From contig NC_045706.1 of assembly GCF_009834535.1 (NCBI RefSeq), positions 15,376,001 through 15,440,000 on the forward strand: DNA of 64,000 nucleotides. The letters run 5' to 3'. Origin of the DNA: Camelus ferus. Taxonomy: Eukaryota. The notes below the pieces were generated by a model that worked only from the letters and a program-made list of their open reading frames with translations, searched no databases and was not told the DNA's origin. Shown piece by piece: positions 44,448-64,000 of this stretch. Every line of letters starts with the position of its first letter. Position 1 is the first letter of the stretch. Both the position numbers and the translations under genes were made by a program.

Positions 44448-45179
44448 CCAGTAACAAGGGATGTAAATTCACCAGGATTGAACTCTCCTTTCTGGTAACT
44501 TGTCATCAGGATTTCAGATTATAAAAGGATCGAGAAGTTTAAGAATGAAGAAGATGTGATTGAATACATATCCACCTTGGAGCAGGATTTCTGATCTGGA
44601 TAAACAAGAGTGTCTGCCCAATGAAGTACTCAAGGACGAAGCCTCTTTCTTAACAGCGATTTACATCTCTGGCCTAAGGGGCATATAATATTCATTATTT
44701 ATAAACCTAAAAAAGTGACTGGTCAGAGAATTAAAAAAAAATAATGCTGATACTTGGGATCAATTCTGTCTATTTAATGAAGCTTACAAGGCAAATAACT
44801 AGAGTGTTATGATTTTTACTTCAAACGACAATGCATTTAGGCATATTTCCTTCTAAGTCAGGGACCTTTAATAGGATACTCTATTTCCCAGGGAACAGCC
44901 TGTGAATTCTGAAAAAAGTAAGGTAGATGCTTGTTGATTCTCTTGACTCATGATCACCACTTAAAATTTGAACATTTGGTATATTTTAGATGGCAGGAAA
45001 CCAGGGACAAGTCTAATAAACTGGCCATAAGTTAGTTTTCTTATTGAAAGAATACCATCTTTTACACCATCTGATTTTGTTGCCAAATTAATAAATGGCA
45101 GCTCATCACAAACAGCTTTACAAGTTCATTAACCCTTTTATGAGAAGAGTTTCAGCTTCCTTGGTGATTGTTTACTTGT

Positions 45180-45185
45180 TTTATT
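45180..45185 (-). terminator. Candidate CASP7 polyadenylation signal (AATAAA), implying a 3' UTR of about 1.55 kb
   Basis: tttatt on the + strand at 45180-45185, near the end of a largely repeat-free stretch after the stop. Other AATAAA/ATTAAA hexamers exist closer to the stop, so the choice is tentative. Confidence 0.35.
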
Positions 45186-46718
45186 AGTGTTCTAGCTTCA
45201 AAAGAAACATGACCTACATTTTTTGTTGAGGTCAAGTCACTAGCGTCAATTCTTATCCTGTTTTCTCATTTTCCCACTGCCGTTTAAAACAAAACAAAAC
45301 TTCAAAAGGAAAGCAAAACTGAGCAGGTTAGGAATTAAGCAACCACATTTTAATCAATAAATATAAACATCTGTTTGTTAACAAGTTATTAGGTAGAATA
45401 AAATAGTAATTTGTCAAGAATTCAAAAGGCAACACTACCTTGAAGACAAAGTGCAAATATCTTTGCCATAAACCTTCCCCATTTAGAAAATTAGAGGTAA
45501 CAAAAAATTTACTCAGAATAAGGCTTGGAATAACCTAAAAAGTTCCAAGGATACTTTAAAGCTAGAACAGATGATTTTGCACATAGTGGGCAATACAGAA
45601 ATTACTGGACAACTCAATGAATAAATGACTGAATGGATGAATCACTGAACATCAGAAAGTAGGATTCTTTCTATTCACATTGTAAGCCAGGCCTGTGTTT
45701 ATTTCTTGTTCCTCCCCTGCCTCACTATCCCTTGCTATGCTTTGTATTGCAGGAAATCACAGAGCCCTTGCCAGACCGCTTCCAGGTAGGGCTGCTGGAG
45801 GTGAGGTGCTGGAGGAAGACTAGAGGGCAGAAGAAGAGGTGAAACCAGGATGTTTTTCCATGTCCAACTCATCTGGTGTTGCCCCATCTCAGGCAGTGGC
45901 TTTGCCCTGCCATGGCTCTACTGCTCACAATTCTTGGGTGGTACCAGTCTCTACCAGCCAGCCCCCAACATGGTTCCAGCTCCTGTGGACCACCCCAATT
46001 TCTGGACTCAGGGAACCACATCTTCTCATAGACCGGGGTGGCAACAGTTTCCTTTTATTTATCTTCTCTTTCATCATCTACGTATGTCGATTTCCTCTAT
46101 TAAATTTCCTCTGTTGAAACACATAGAATGGTTTCTGTTTTCTTGACTGGATCCTGACTGCTGCGTAACAGAATCATTAACTTTTCCCCCTTCTAACATA
46201 TCTGGGAATCTTTGCATTGAGAATCTGCCCTAAGCCAATTAAAAAAAAAAATCACTCAAACCACACTCAGTTGCCACTTTCTGCAATACAGGCAAATGAA
46301 TATCCCTTTGGCTGTTTTGTCAGTCAAGCACTCTCTTTGCCGGGGTACAAATATGACTCTGACAGTCTACCAGTGTCACCACCAATCACGTTGGACACAG
46401 ACAAAAGTCATCTGCGGAGGTCATTTTTGTTGTATATACTAAATGTGACAACAAGGAGAAAGAAAGACAAACAGAAAATTAATCTCAAGAGAAAAAGTCA
46501 TCAAATGGATAACAGTGTAAAAAAAAAAAGTCTCTGAAAATTCAGAGAACGTAAGACAGCACCAGAAAGTTTCTTTCCTGTTGAATCAATAATTTTCCTG
46601 AAAATAAAATCCTTTAGAATTTCCGGATCTTTCAAGAGCATCAAAAAAAAAAAAAAATCTGATTCATCAACAGATGAATGTGGCTTCTCAGCAGAAGGCG
46701 CCCCTGGAAAGGTTATCT

Positions 46719-53088
<6,370 letters not shown>

Positions 53089-53289
53089 CTGGGGAAATAT
53101 GAAGCCAGTCAGGGGCTGTGGAAGACGTCTGGACAGTAATGACCTCTTAATTTTACTCCCAGCATGAAAGGGGTACCCAGGAAAGCTGCAGTGTCTTGAA
53201 AAAAAGACCTTGGGGTGGACCGATGATTCTGTTTAATTGTCAGTTTTAAAGTGAACAGGATCTCCTGCCTAATTTCATTAGATGCTAGA

Positions 53290-54300
53290 GAAATGCAAGT
53301 TGAAATCACACTGCAATACCAGTACGGATTCCTCAGAAAGGCTATAGTGACTGGAATTATTTAGCATCTGGAATTATTATACATTGCGGGGGGGAGGGCG
53401 CCCACTGTGTACATCCACTGTGGAAAACTAGCAGAATCTACTAAAACTGAACTAAACATATCCTATGACATGGCAATTCTACTCCTGGGTATACAGCCCA
53501 AAGGAAAGCAAACATTTACCCAAAGCCAGGTCCGCACATGAGCACACAGTACTATTTAGTAATAGCCCCCAACAGGAAATAATCCAAATGTCCATTTACA
53601 GTAGGATGGATAAGCCATGGGATATTCATATAATGCAACAGAATAGACAGGCATCCCTCGGAGATACTGTGGGTTCGGTCCAGACCACTGCAATAAAGCG
53701 ACTACCACAATAAAGCAAGACGTGGGATATTTTTGGTTTCTCAGTGCACATAAAAGTTACATTTACACTATACTGTAGTCTATTAAGTGTGCAACAGCAT
53801 TATGTCTGAAAACAATGTACACAACCGTAATCTGAAAATACGTTATTGCTAAAAAATGCTAACCATCATCTGACAACAAAGGGTCGCATGAACCTTCAAT
53901 CTGTAAAAAAACACAGTATCTGTGATGCACGGTAAAGCAGGTGTAATAAAACATGCATGGTATGCCTCCAATGGGAGTGAACAGATCATGACAACACAGC
54001 CACATGGATGCATCACACACATCTGATACGTGAGTGAAAGAACCATATACGAAAGGGTACCTATTGTATGACTCTGTTTTCATAAAGTTCAAAAAATGAA
54101 TACCTGGTATTCAAAGTTGAAAGGCAGTTTTCCCCTATGGTGGGAGGGTTGGGGACTGTAGGCGATGGACAGACTTTCTCAGATGCTGGCCATATTTTGT
54201 TTCTTGATCTGGGGGCTGGTTACACGAGTGCATCAGTTAGTGGAAACTCCTAAGTGTGTGTAATCTGCTATGTGGATGCCATAATTAACATTTACATTAA
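53290..54300 (+). mobile_element. L1ME-like 3' fragment hosting a Tigger1 insertion
   Basis: ggcaattctactcctgggtatacagcccaaagg...aaatgtccatttacagtaggatggataag; resumes after 53968. Confidence 0.6.
53648..53968 (-). mobile_element. Tigger1 internal-deletion derivative (TcMar DNA transposon)
   Basis: Terminal inverted repeats caggcatccctc / ggtatgcctc. Both ends match the Tigger1 termini I recall (cagatactgtgttttttacagattgaagg; gggttcggtccagaccactgcaataaagcg). Confidence 0.8.
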
Positions 54301-54647
54301 TAAAAAAGGAAGAGCAATTTAAAAATAGTAGGCCCCTTCCAGTCTCCAGACAGTAACCATTCAATTTAGCAAAGTCTGGCACTCAGGCATCAAGACTGGA
54401 ACATGGGGCATAGTTAAGAGGGCAGAGGAAAAAAATGTCAAATGCCAGCGGGGAGCTGTATTGCTAGTTAGTCACCTGAATGAGAGAAGGGATCTTTCAA
54501 TCTGTTCTGAAAACTCGCGGAGTCCCCAATACCTAGAACAATGCCTGGCATGTGAGCTGCTCAACAAATATTTGTTATAAACTAGACCAATATCTCTAAC
54601 AAACACAGATGCAAAAATCCTTAATGAAATGTTAGCAAGCCAATCCA

Positions 54648-54833
54648 NNNNNNNNNNNNNNNNNNNNNNNNNNNNNNNNNNNNNNNNNNNNNNNNNNNNN
54701 NNNNNNNNNNNNNNNNNNNNNNNNNNNNNNNNNNNNNNNNNNNNNNNNNNNNNNNNNNNNNNNNNNNNNNNNNNNNNNNNNNNNNNNNNNNNNNNNNNNN
54801 NNNNNNNNNNNNNNNNNNNNNNNNNNNNNNNNN
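54648..54833. other. Assembly gap (186 N)
   Basis: Run of n inside an L1 fragment. Confidence 0.98.
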
Positions 54834-54912
54834 TGCTAAATAAACTAGGTTACAGTGGAACTGACAAACTTAAAAAGAGCATCTATGAAAAACCCACTGA
54901 TAATGTCATACT

Positions 54913-55416
54913 TGATTAAATAAAATCTGTATTTTAAGGCAGGACCAAAAAAAATTAAACATAAAATTCTCAGTGTTTGTTTGGGCCTCCTCCCTCCCTC
55001 CACAGTGTGCAGTGTGCATCTGCATTTCATTTTAATCAGAACACCTCAAAGTTGGGAATGCCTGCTTGGCAGTAAAGATCAATTTTTTTTCTTTCTTCTG
55101 ATGCTAGCAATGGAGCTTCTTTAAAGAACAGCATTTTTTCCCAGCTCTGTAGGGGGTCATGGTGACTTGCTGCTGGTTTTGTACATGCTTACTTGGACTG
55201 TGTATCTTTGGTGAATTTTATGTAAGATTATCAGTGAGTCATTTTGAAGTATGGTCCTTTGTCTCAAAAATGTTTATGACTGAGCCAATTCTCACAGATG
55301 GAACAGTTCGCAGAGCTCTCTGAGAATCTGCTTCCTGGGTTATAATCCTCAGTTTGGCTCGGATAAAATTCCTCTTTTTTTCTTTGACTTGAAAGTTAAC
55401 TGAATTTTTGTCGACA
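54913..55416 (+). mobile_element. ERV1-like solo LTR (504 bp) with perfect 4-bp TSD
   Basis: TGATTAAA...TTTGTCGACA. TSD tact at 54909-54912 and 55417-55420. Confidence 0.85.
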
Positions 55417-58031
55417 TACTTAATGGTGAAAGGTTGAATGCTTCCCTCCTAAGATCAGGAACAAGTCAAATAAAGCCACTCTTGCCACTTCTACTAAATA
55501 CCATACGGGAGGTTTTATGTGGGGCAGTTAGGTTAAAATTTTTTGTCATATGAATGAAAGATTCAGGTTTTATTTGCTCCTATCGTGGATTTGGAAACTG
55601 AGGTCCACAGAGAGGCAGGAAGTTGTCCAAGATCCCCCACCTAATGATCAGCAAAGTGGGACAACCACACAAGCCACCGACTTATGTCAGAGTTCCAGAG
55701 CCCTGTGCTCTTCAGTATTTGTTAGAATGACTTGTCCGCCATCCTCCCAAAGCTTCGATCAAAAGTTGGGAGAAGTAAAGTGAAAGTAAAAACTGAGCTT
55801 GTCACCTGATCAATAAGGGTGCGCCCAAGGGTATTTCACTCTGAGTTTCCACTGAACGTTATCTGAGTTTCTCACAATCTCCAAAGGGACCTGGCCATTT
55901 CCCTTTCCCTTCCTACCTTGGTCCAGATTACAGGTGAGATCTGTGTGTCGAACCTTCAGGTTCCTTATTGCTATTTTCAACTACAACATGACTTCATCCT
56001 CCACTTTTATAATGCCAAATTTCTCCCATGGTCTCATTTTATTTCTAGAAGGGCACGTTTCATCCCTGATATCATTTTGTACCTTAAAGAGAAATGTCCT
56101 CAGTCTGGTCTCCTACCTTCACAAGACTCGCCCCTCCCTTTGTTCCCTGTCTGTTTACAGGGGTGAGGCCAGTTTTTCTTTAAGCTTCTTACCCAAGAGA
56201 GGCAGCACAAAAGAGCACCGGCCCTGCGGTCAGACTGAGGTCTGCATCCACCTGCCCGTGTGCCAGGGCCAAGGCCTCTGCGACTGTCACAAAGTGGATG
56301 GGAGGTCTGTGGCAGCGAGTGCTCCCGTGGAGTTTCCTCCTGCTCCCAGGCCTCCATAAAAGCTCAGAGGAGATGCGTATCAGCAAAGTGGGAGTCTGCA
56401 CTGTTCAAGGACACGCCATTTGGGGAGGAGTAGGGTTTACTTCCTTATTGCCACCCTGTCAGTGACCTCTACTGATAGTGCCCTCTGTGCAGATTGAAAT
56501 GCCTGCCCCATCTTTCACGTGTACGCAGAATCTTTGGTCTTCAGCTGAAGCCTCTGAGGTATGTGGAGGAGGCACATGCACTCTCATTTTGTAGGCAGTA
56601 ATAATGACAATTAGCATTTGTCAGGGCTTATTACTAGGGGCTGGGATGTTGATAAAACTCCCACCTGCATCTTCTCATTGGCTCCCGACAGGTCTTCAGC
56701 TAATTTAAGGCCAAAGATCCCTACAAGAGGATCACTGAGTGTGGCAGGCTGGAGGTCGCAGTTTATGCCCCTTGAGAGATAAAATTCCACTTCCGTCTTC
56801 CGTAATATGGATTATTTTAAAACAAACTGTACCATGATATCCAAAAAACAAACAAACTGTGATTGTTTTTTGGGCTGCCATTAGCCCATCCTCAGTGATA
56901 AGCAAAAAACTACATTAGCGAGCATCATTTATAAGAAAAACAGGCTCAGATGTAAGTTAGAAAAAAGGACTCTGTTTCTATTGGAATAGAATTTGGAAAA
57001 TTAACTGCTTAAAAAAAAAGGAACACAAAAGGGGAATAAAGATATACACATTGTAAAGAGAATACTTCCCATGACTATGAAAAGTACCTTAAAAATGAAT
57101 ATGAAATGTGGTTCTTATCCTTGGTAAATATCTCAAGAAGGAGGTAAGGAAAATTTCCCTTACCTATCCTTCCCCTAAACTGAACTCTCATTTTGTTTCA
57201 AAATGAGCTTAATATTTGCTTTTTCTTCCTGGATTTGAGTCAGTCAATATTAATTTTTCCTTCTAACCAAAATAGCTTTTTGTTAAACCCAGGTCTTCCC
57301 ACACCACAGAAATGCGTCAGAGAGCGACTATCAACTCAATGCCACCGAATTCATCTTCCTAAGAGGCAGTGGCCTTGGGAAAAGTCCATCTGTAGCTTAA
57401 GCTTCAGGAAGCCAATCTGGTGATTAACTTAAAGCATGTAACAAGAGACAAATCAGAGGGAGAAACGATTGTCCAGAGGCATCAGGGAGAAAGTGCCAGG
57501 AAAAAACACAGTGGACTCGTCTACTGCCTGTAGACACACTGCAAGAAAACGGGTCCAAGAGACTCGAGCCTACCACCTACTAGTTGTGAGGCTCTGGGGA
57601 TTATCTCCCCCTCACCCCATCCTCCCCGAGACTCCCGTGGGAGCAGTGCCGTCACTTCCATCTGCCAGTTCCTGCTGCCAGGCTGCTGCAGAGACACAAG
57701 GTAGGTACAGCCTCACATTCAGGAAGGGGACAGATTCCTGAGAGGGACCCCACCTTAGGGAACCTTCAGTTGCCAATTCTGCGCGAACACAGGACAACTG
57801 TTTTGCTCGAGTCTTTCGTGTGTAATATCTAATGTGATTTGGGAACACTTTTGGACTGACAAGTTCTCTTCCCTTTTTCCCCCTGCTGCTCTCATTTCCA
57901 GTTTTGAACCTTTACAGCAGGTCTCAATGAAAAGACCTGTCTGGCAGACATAAGTTGATTCAATTGACCACTCACTCCTATAATAACCAGCAGGGCAGGT
58001 ATCCAGATCCAGTTCAGTCTCTACTTCCTGG

Positions 58032-58573
58032 TGTTACCAAACTAGGTTCGGCTGCTTGCCACTCAACAGTTAATAATCCAGGGGCAAACGTCAGTAGAAA
58101 GGCAAGGTGCTTTATTCAGACAAAGCTGGCCATTTGCAGGAGAAGGTGGACCCATGTCCACAGACCAGCTCCAAAGATTCTGCTCAGCCACGACGATTTT
58201 TAAAGGAAAAAAGAGGAAGACAATCTCAGTTAATTATTAAGGTAGGAGGTCAGATTCTTCGTCACTTTCCCACCGTGAGCAGACCTGCTGACTTCTCCTG
58301 ACCTCCTTTTGCATGCTCTCTTGCCTGCGTGGTCCGCCTGCAGATTTGCTAAGGCGGAGCCAGGGGTATAAAGTCTTCAGCTACTTAATTCTTCACTCTT
58401 ACTCCTTGTAATCCAGGAAAGGAATCAATAGTTCAAACAAGGCATTTGTGTACATTCAACAGAGCAAAAATCAGGAGTTATGTTAAATGTTTCCTAGTGA
58501 TCTCATCTCTATAATTAAGGTCTGAGGAAAACAGAGATGAACAAACAGAAAAGGGGCCAAAGAGCTGCTTACA
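58032..58573 (-). mobile_element. ERV1-like solo LTR (542 bp), same orientation as CASP7
   Basis: Minus strand starts TGTAAGCAGC and ends gtttggtaaCA. AATAAA at ~58111-58116. TSD ctgg/ctgt. Confidence 0.8.
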
Positions 58574-59199
58574 CTGTCAGACATCATCCCATTTCTACGG
58601 GACTAGGGGCGAAGGTCCGTCTTCTGTAACTTCTTCAAGCTGACACAGGGCACCGTATTTTAAGAGTGGAAGATGTCGACATGGGTCTATAGCATCTCCC
58701 TGATGACAATTTTAGTTGCCTGCTTACACGTACGGGCAGAACAAGCTACAATTATTTCAGTGCCTCTAAAGATACAGATTATTAGGAGCAATAGTGGTGA
58801 TCCCATTCTGTCATCAGACACTGAGTCTGTAACTCTATTGTCCTCCTCATTAACTGCTTGAGCCTGCTCTTTTGTGACTCTGGGAGGCCTGGGAGACTTC
58901 AGCTTTTCTACAAACAAGAGGCAGGGGACACAGAGGGGCCTTTGTACTTGGGGAGGCCCCACAGGGTTCTGCTGGGCTCCACTGGTTGGACTATAAAGGG
59001 GAAGATCTTGACTCCAAATCACATAATATTGTTAAAAAATAATGAGGAAGCTCTTCCTGTCCTGATGTGGGGTGATTTCCAATAAGTAGTGTTAAGTGTG
59101 GAACAAAACAAAGGGGCAGAACAATTGAGAACATTAACTTTCGGGAAAAAGTAATATATTCCTTGTATTTATACATAGAGACTCTTGAAGGATGATATA

Positions 59200-59440
59200 A
59201 TGGATAAATCCATGGATTCCAGAGTTGGACTGCCTGGGTTTGAAACCCTGCTCCCCCACACAGCTGAGTGATTGTGGGCAAGTTACTTAACCTCTCTGTG
59301 CCTCAGTTTCCTCACTTGAAAAAAGACAAAATTACAGCATGTGCCTTAGAGCTGGTAAGCAAGTTAGAATTCACAAAGCACCAGAACAGTGCAGCATGTG
59401 GTAAGTGGTAAATAAATGCCACTATTATTACTAATGTTAT
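59200..59440. mobile_element. MIR SINE
   Basis: gggcaagttacttaacctctctgtgcctcagtttcctcac. Confidence 0.75.
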
Positions 59441-61436
59441 TTATTAAATATCATCAAAAGTGGTTACCTGTGTTCTAGGGGACCAAGAGCAGGACAGCAG
59501 AAAGGAGAAAGAATTTTGACTGTATATCTTTTTTTTTTATATATGTGAATAGGTTAATTACTCAAAAGATTCAAATAAAACTTCTAACTTAATAGCTAAA
59601 AATCACTTGCTGCAGATGGATTTTGAGATCTGGCCTGTTTGGAAAATTACCACTTCGGATTTTCTGGATTTATACTTTTTTATGTTAATTGTCGAAAGGA
59701 CTCCCTGGACACCCCATTTTTCTGTTTTCTACTGTGATTTCACCCCTCTCCCTCGCCTTTTAAACTTCTTCCTCCTCTATGTGTCAACAGTAACAACAAC
59801 AATAAATACAGTTTTAATAAGTACCACTTACTAAATACTTCCTGCTTTACATATATTATCTCATGCAATCTTTACAATAACTCTGTAAGGCATTAATCCC
59901 ATTTCATAGAAAAAGGTCATATTAGCTGGTCCAAGATAACAAAGCGACAGTGGTAGATTCCAGGTTTATTCTGAGGTCTGATACCAAGTCCCTTATGCCA
60001 GGAGTTTCCTGGTAAAATTCAGATTCCCAAGCCAGACCCAGAGGACCAGAGCCAGGCGCTCACACCCTCTGATGCCTGAGGGCCTCAGCACTAGCCTGTC
60101 TGCCCACTGCCTGGGCTCTCCTGGCCCTGACCTTTTATTGCTGTCTCTGCTCTTGGGTCAGGCCCCTTTGGTCCCTTCCAGAGCCCATGGAAGCAGAGGT
60201 CCCTGCCCGGCCAGTCTCCCTCCCTCCCCGCAGGGCAGAGAGCACCAGCTTGTCCCACCCTACCAAACACCTCTCCCCAGGTGGCTGCAGCCTTTGGGCT
60301 CCTTAGCTCTTGCCCAGAAGGTCAAACAAGATGTGCCTCGAGGAGCAGGCCTTGGGGAGATACCCTTGGGCAGCGGCGTGGTTATATTTAGGGTCAAGTG
60401 TAGGGTTTATGGCTCTTCATGAAAACTGAAGGTCTCCCAGTGGTGACAGCCAAGCTGAACATTAAACCGAAATTACTATAACATCACAACCAAAACGCTT
60501 CCAGAAAATGCCACTGTGCAGGCAACGCCATCCTTATTCTCCCTTGTTTGCACAACATTTGGTGGCCCTGTCACTCACCACCAGCACAGTCGGTGGAGGT
60601 GAACTCTGCCATCCCAGTGCTAGCAGATCACAAAGACTTACTGTCTGTTTGGAGATCGATGGCTGGAGCCAAGCAGATCATCAGATAAACAACTGCTACT
60701 GGACAGAAGCAAGGCCCTCAAGGGCTCCAAAGAGATGGTGCTAATTAATTAGCCAACTGCCGAGAGATGGCAACGGTCCACAGCTCAGCACCGCAGGTTC
60801 CCCAGGGGTCGGGGCGGGTGAGGGAATGGAGAGGGTTATGATAAGAAGCTTGCAAAGATCCAGATTAGAAACTTCTTCAGCTGGGGATCCTCCCCCAAAT
60901 ATAAGATTTTCTGAAAGTGGCTGTTCTTTTCGTCCCGGGTCCACACGGCCTTTCTGCAGGAGATGCCAGAACACGTGAGAACTGTCATTACACGGACCCT
61001 AACAGGTGGGCACCTGCGCTTCTTTCAAGTCTAGACCAGTGGAAACCAGCAGTTCTCCTGAATCTGACAAACGGTACAAACGGTGGAGGAACTACTTTAG
61101 ATATCCCCTAAGTCACCAGGAACAAGAATTGTTAATATTTCTAATAGTGTTTTATGATTTACCAAGTGTGTTAATAATCATTACCCCATTTGTTCTGCAA
61201 AGTACAGACGAGAGGTATAGAAACACACAGCAAAGGAAGGCTGGCCAGGGTATTTTTAAAGCCAGATTCTATTACTCCTTATTCCACCCCTTGGCCCCAT
61301 CCCCACCCCCGGCCCCTGCTGATTTCCTGCCGATAAACTTAGTCTTTAACTTGACCTTTTTACATTCGGAATGAAATGGGGCTTTCCCTGGTACAAATCC
61401 TTTCTGTGTCCTCCCCGCCGACCCTCATTTCTTCTT

Positions 61437-61931
61437 TGTAGGAAATAGGCTTCATTCAGCCTGCCTCCTTGACCTTCCCTGAGTTCCAAAGGGCAGATTC
61501 AGACAGTTGCTAATCAGAGAAGGCAGGGAATGCAGAAACCAAGGAGGAGCAGTCAAGAAACAACAGTGCATCCCATGGGGCAAGGGCCGGGTTCCTCCTG
61601 AAGGAATATACGTGACAGTAGCTTTGAGTTCTTCTGCAGGAACTAAGGCCCCCACTCAGACGGAGGATGATAACTTCAAGCTGGAGCACAAGACTCCTGG
61701 AAGACTTGTCCTGTCACCATTCAACCAGTCAGAAGAAAGCCATACCTCCTTCCCGTCCTCATCCCCAATTTTGCCTATAAAAACTTCCCCCTAAAAACCA
61801 TTGGGGAGTTTGGGTTTTTTGAGCACAAGCCACCCATTCTCCTTGCTTAGCCCCGCAATAAACCTTCCGTTGCTCCAAACTCCGACATGTATGGCCTGTG
61901 TGCTGGGCACACCCACTTGCGTTTGGTAACA
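61437..61931 (+). mobile_element. ERV1-like solo LTR, antisense to CASP7 (5' boundary uncertain)
   Basis: TATA box TATAAAA at 61776-61782, AATAAA at 61857-61862, 3' end gtttggtaaCA. No PBS follows. TSD not found. Confidence 0.75.
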
Positions 61932-64000
61932 CGAGCGAGTCGGCCAACGTTCCCATGCTGAGGCGAAACGCAGGAGTCTGGTTTTGGAACCTGCTGCTAA
62001 GTGCAAGGCTATGAGAAACCAGACCAGAGAATTTTGAAAGTTCCAAATCCTCTTAAAAGCTCATGTGTTCCATAATTAGCTGCAGATTTTAAAAAATAAA
62101 TCTGGCCGCAAAATCACTGTGCTTGGTTAGGGCCAGACAAGCAAGATCACAACAACCAGGAAAGCCTGGTAGAATGACTTATGAAGTGGGTTTAAGTTGC
62201 ACTAAGATACAATGGGCAGAGGATTTACAGAAGCAGGTTGGTTGATGACGGTGCTTCTTAACCACCCTTAACGTCTCCTGGTGTTGTATTTCCTTGCTAA
62301 TATGGGCAAGTACCACTGTCTTCATCTTCCAGATGCGTTCCGGTAAGCTCACATCTCTGCTAGGAACACAGGTAATGCCAGCACGGATTATCAAGAAGGA
62401 ACTAGATTATTACCCTAACTTCTTAGGTCGAGAGTCATTTTTTGGAACCTCATATTTTGCAGTGCGAGGCCAACTCCATCATGTCAACAAAGTCAAGAGG
62501 GAAAAAATTACAACCAAGCTCTGCTGGTTATTTATGGAAAAAGACTTCCCTGAAGAGCCTGCAGCAACTCATACCAGAAAACAGTGTAGGATAAAAAGAC
62601 TGTGCCTACTTCACCGAGAAGTGAAAAAAATCTTAGAAACTATGCGATAAATTTTTACAATCCACTCTGGGTGCGGGTACAATTTTCCCTATCACCGAAG
62701 TGGATAAATACAGGTTTTATTTTCTTACAGATCTCCCAGGCTGCTTGGAACCTGAATTATATCTTTCTATATTTGGAAGGGTATATAAGCACGCAAACCT
62801 CCTCCTATTTATTTTCTAAAGTGCCTCCATGAATAGGATTCCCAGTAGCTCTGTCTGTTTGCAGACATTCATCAGCATGAAAGTAAACACACCACCGAGC
62901 ACACATTTCCCCGGGGCTACTTCATTCGGAACTAGAGCTCTGGTTTTCGTAGCTGCTTTGTCTAAATATTTTTGGGATGATTCATTCATGGTTTCAAGAT
63001 TTCAACAGAGGGCATCCCCAGCAGTCCTGACATACCAAGGCACAGAACAAGACCAAGAGGAAAGGAGAGAGTGAAGGCGGTACCTCATGTCTCCATCTGA
63101 AAGCATCTCCCTCTGCATCAGAACTAGGCTTCGCCCTGCGATGACAGGCAGTGAGTTTCCTTCTTCTCTGAAATAATAAAAACTCAACATGCTCGGAGCT
63201 CAGCAGGGGCAGAAGACTGGCACAGCCCTCCTGGCCCTGAAGGCCTGTGACTGAATCAGCAGTGAGCTGCACGCTGGAGTTTTCCATAGGACCATTCACA
63301 CTGGGGCTGGGAAAGTCACACTGGCCTCCCCCTTCTCTGCTGACCGGCAGAAATGCCCAGGCGCCACATGGCTGCATCCTCCCCACTCTGGGACAGCTCC
63401 CTAGAGAAAAAGTGACTTTCTAGGAACATGGGGTCCCTAGGGGGAAAATCCTGCATTTCCACAAAGATGCAGCCAGTAGCACCATCTTTAAGAGTGAAAA
63501 GGTGAAAACAATGGGGAAACAGCTAAGCAGGGGACTGAGGATCAGTAGAATAAAATACTACACAGCTGTTTAAAGTGATGAGCATGCAGACGTGGTCAAC
63601 CCACCGAAGTGCCAAATCTACAAACGGGGGCAAAACAGCACACGCAGGAATTGCAAAATATGTACCATTACATGTAAGAGAGTGAACAAAAACAGGAAGT
63701 GAGTTTATGCTGAATCAAAGAGTTCAAATTCATTAGGTTATTTTTTTCCTTATAAAGGTATTCAAGGTGGTAATATAAGTAATCAAAGAAGATTGATTGG
63801 CAAAGAGGCATGCCAAATCCCTTAATTTTCAAATGAGTCATATAAATGTTTTTCCGAGGGTCTTGAATAAAGGGAATGATTCAGGAGTTACTACACTTTC
63901 TTGCTTCACTTCTTCAAATGCAATGAGGAAAAGGTTGAACACGGGAAAACCAAATTATTAAGCAGACAGCTCAGCAATGCTTTTCTCAATTTCCTGGTTC

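Larger units (their letters stand above)
54585..55530 (+). mobile_element. L1 ORF2 (RT region) fragment split by a gap and by an LTR
   Basis: acagatgcaaaaatccttaatgaaatgttagcaagc...aaaacccactgataatgtcatact | tacttaatggtgaaaggttgaatgcttccctcctaagatcaggaacaag is contiguous L1 ORF2 text once the LTR is removed. Confidence 0.8.

Noticed and set aside
53089-64000. Search for the CASP7 start-codon exon (MADD...) and CpG-island promoter
   Set aside because: Not found on the minus strand. The human intron here is long, so these elements most likely lie beyond the window end.

Overview
Mammalian genomic DNA, almost certainly camelid (alpaca, llama or camel). The evidence is five copies of a tRNA-Ala-derived SINE matching the camelid Vic-1 family. 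Two intron-containing genes lie in tandem on the minus strand, in the order known from the human CASP7-PLEKHS1 locus. (1) CASP7, 3' part: five coding exons (53088-52955, 52516-52388, 50039-49864, 49022-48893, 46942-46719) with catalytic SHG and QACRG motifs. The start-codon exon and promoter lie beyond the right edge of the window. (2) PLEKHS1, complete: 12 coding exons from 28142 to 8898, 1407 nt, 468 aa, all introns GT-AG and in frame, plus an inferred non-coding first exon ending at 30996. The rest is intronic or intergenic and rich in repeats: six ERV1-like solo LTRs, MaLR LTRs, L1, L2, MIR, MER3, MER5A, Tigger1 and microsatellites. There are four assembly gaps. No prokaryotic-type system is present. 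Most notable leads: a recursive-splice-site architecture on the PLEKHS1 AUG exon, a PDZ-like pattern in the PLEKHS1 C-terminus, lineage-specific changes in the caspase-7 N-terminal exosite region, and possible in-frame CASP7-PLEKHS1 read-through splicing. Exon boundaries were read by hand. Repeat boundaries and family names are approximate and come from recalled consensus sequences.
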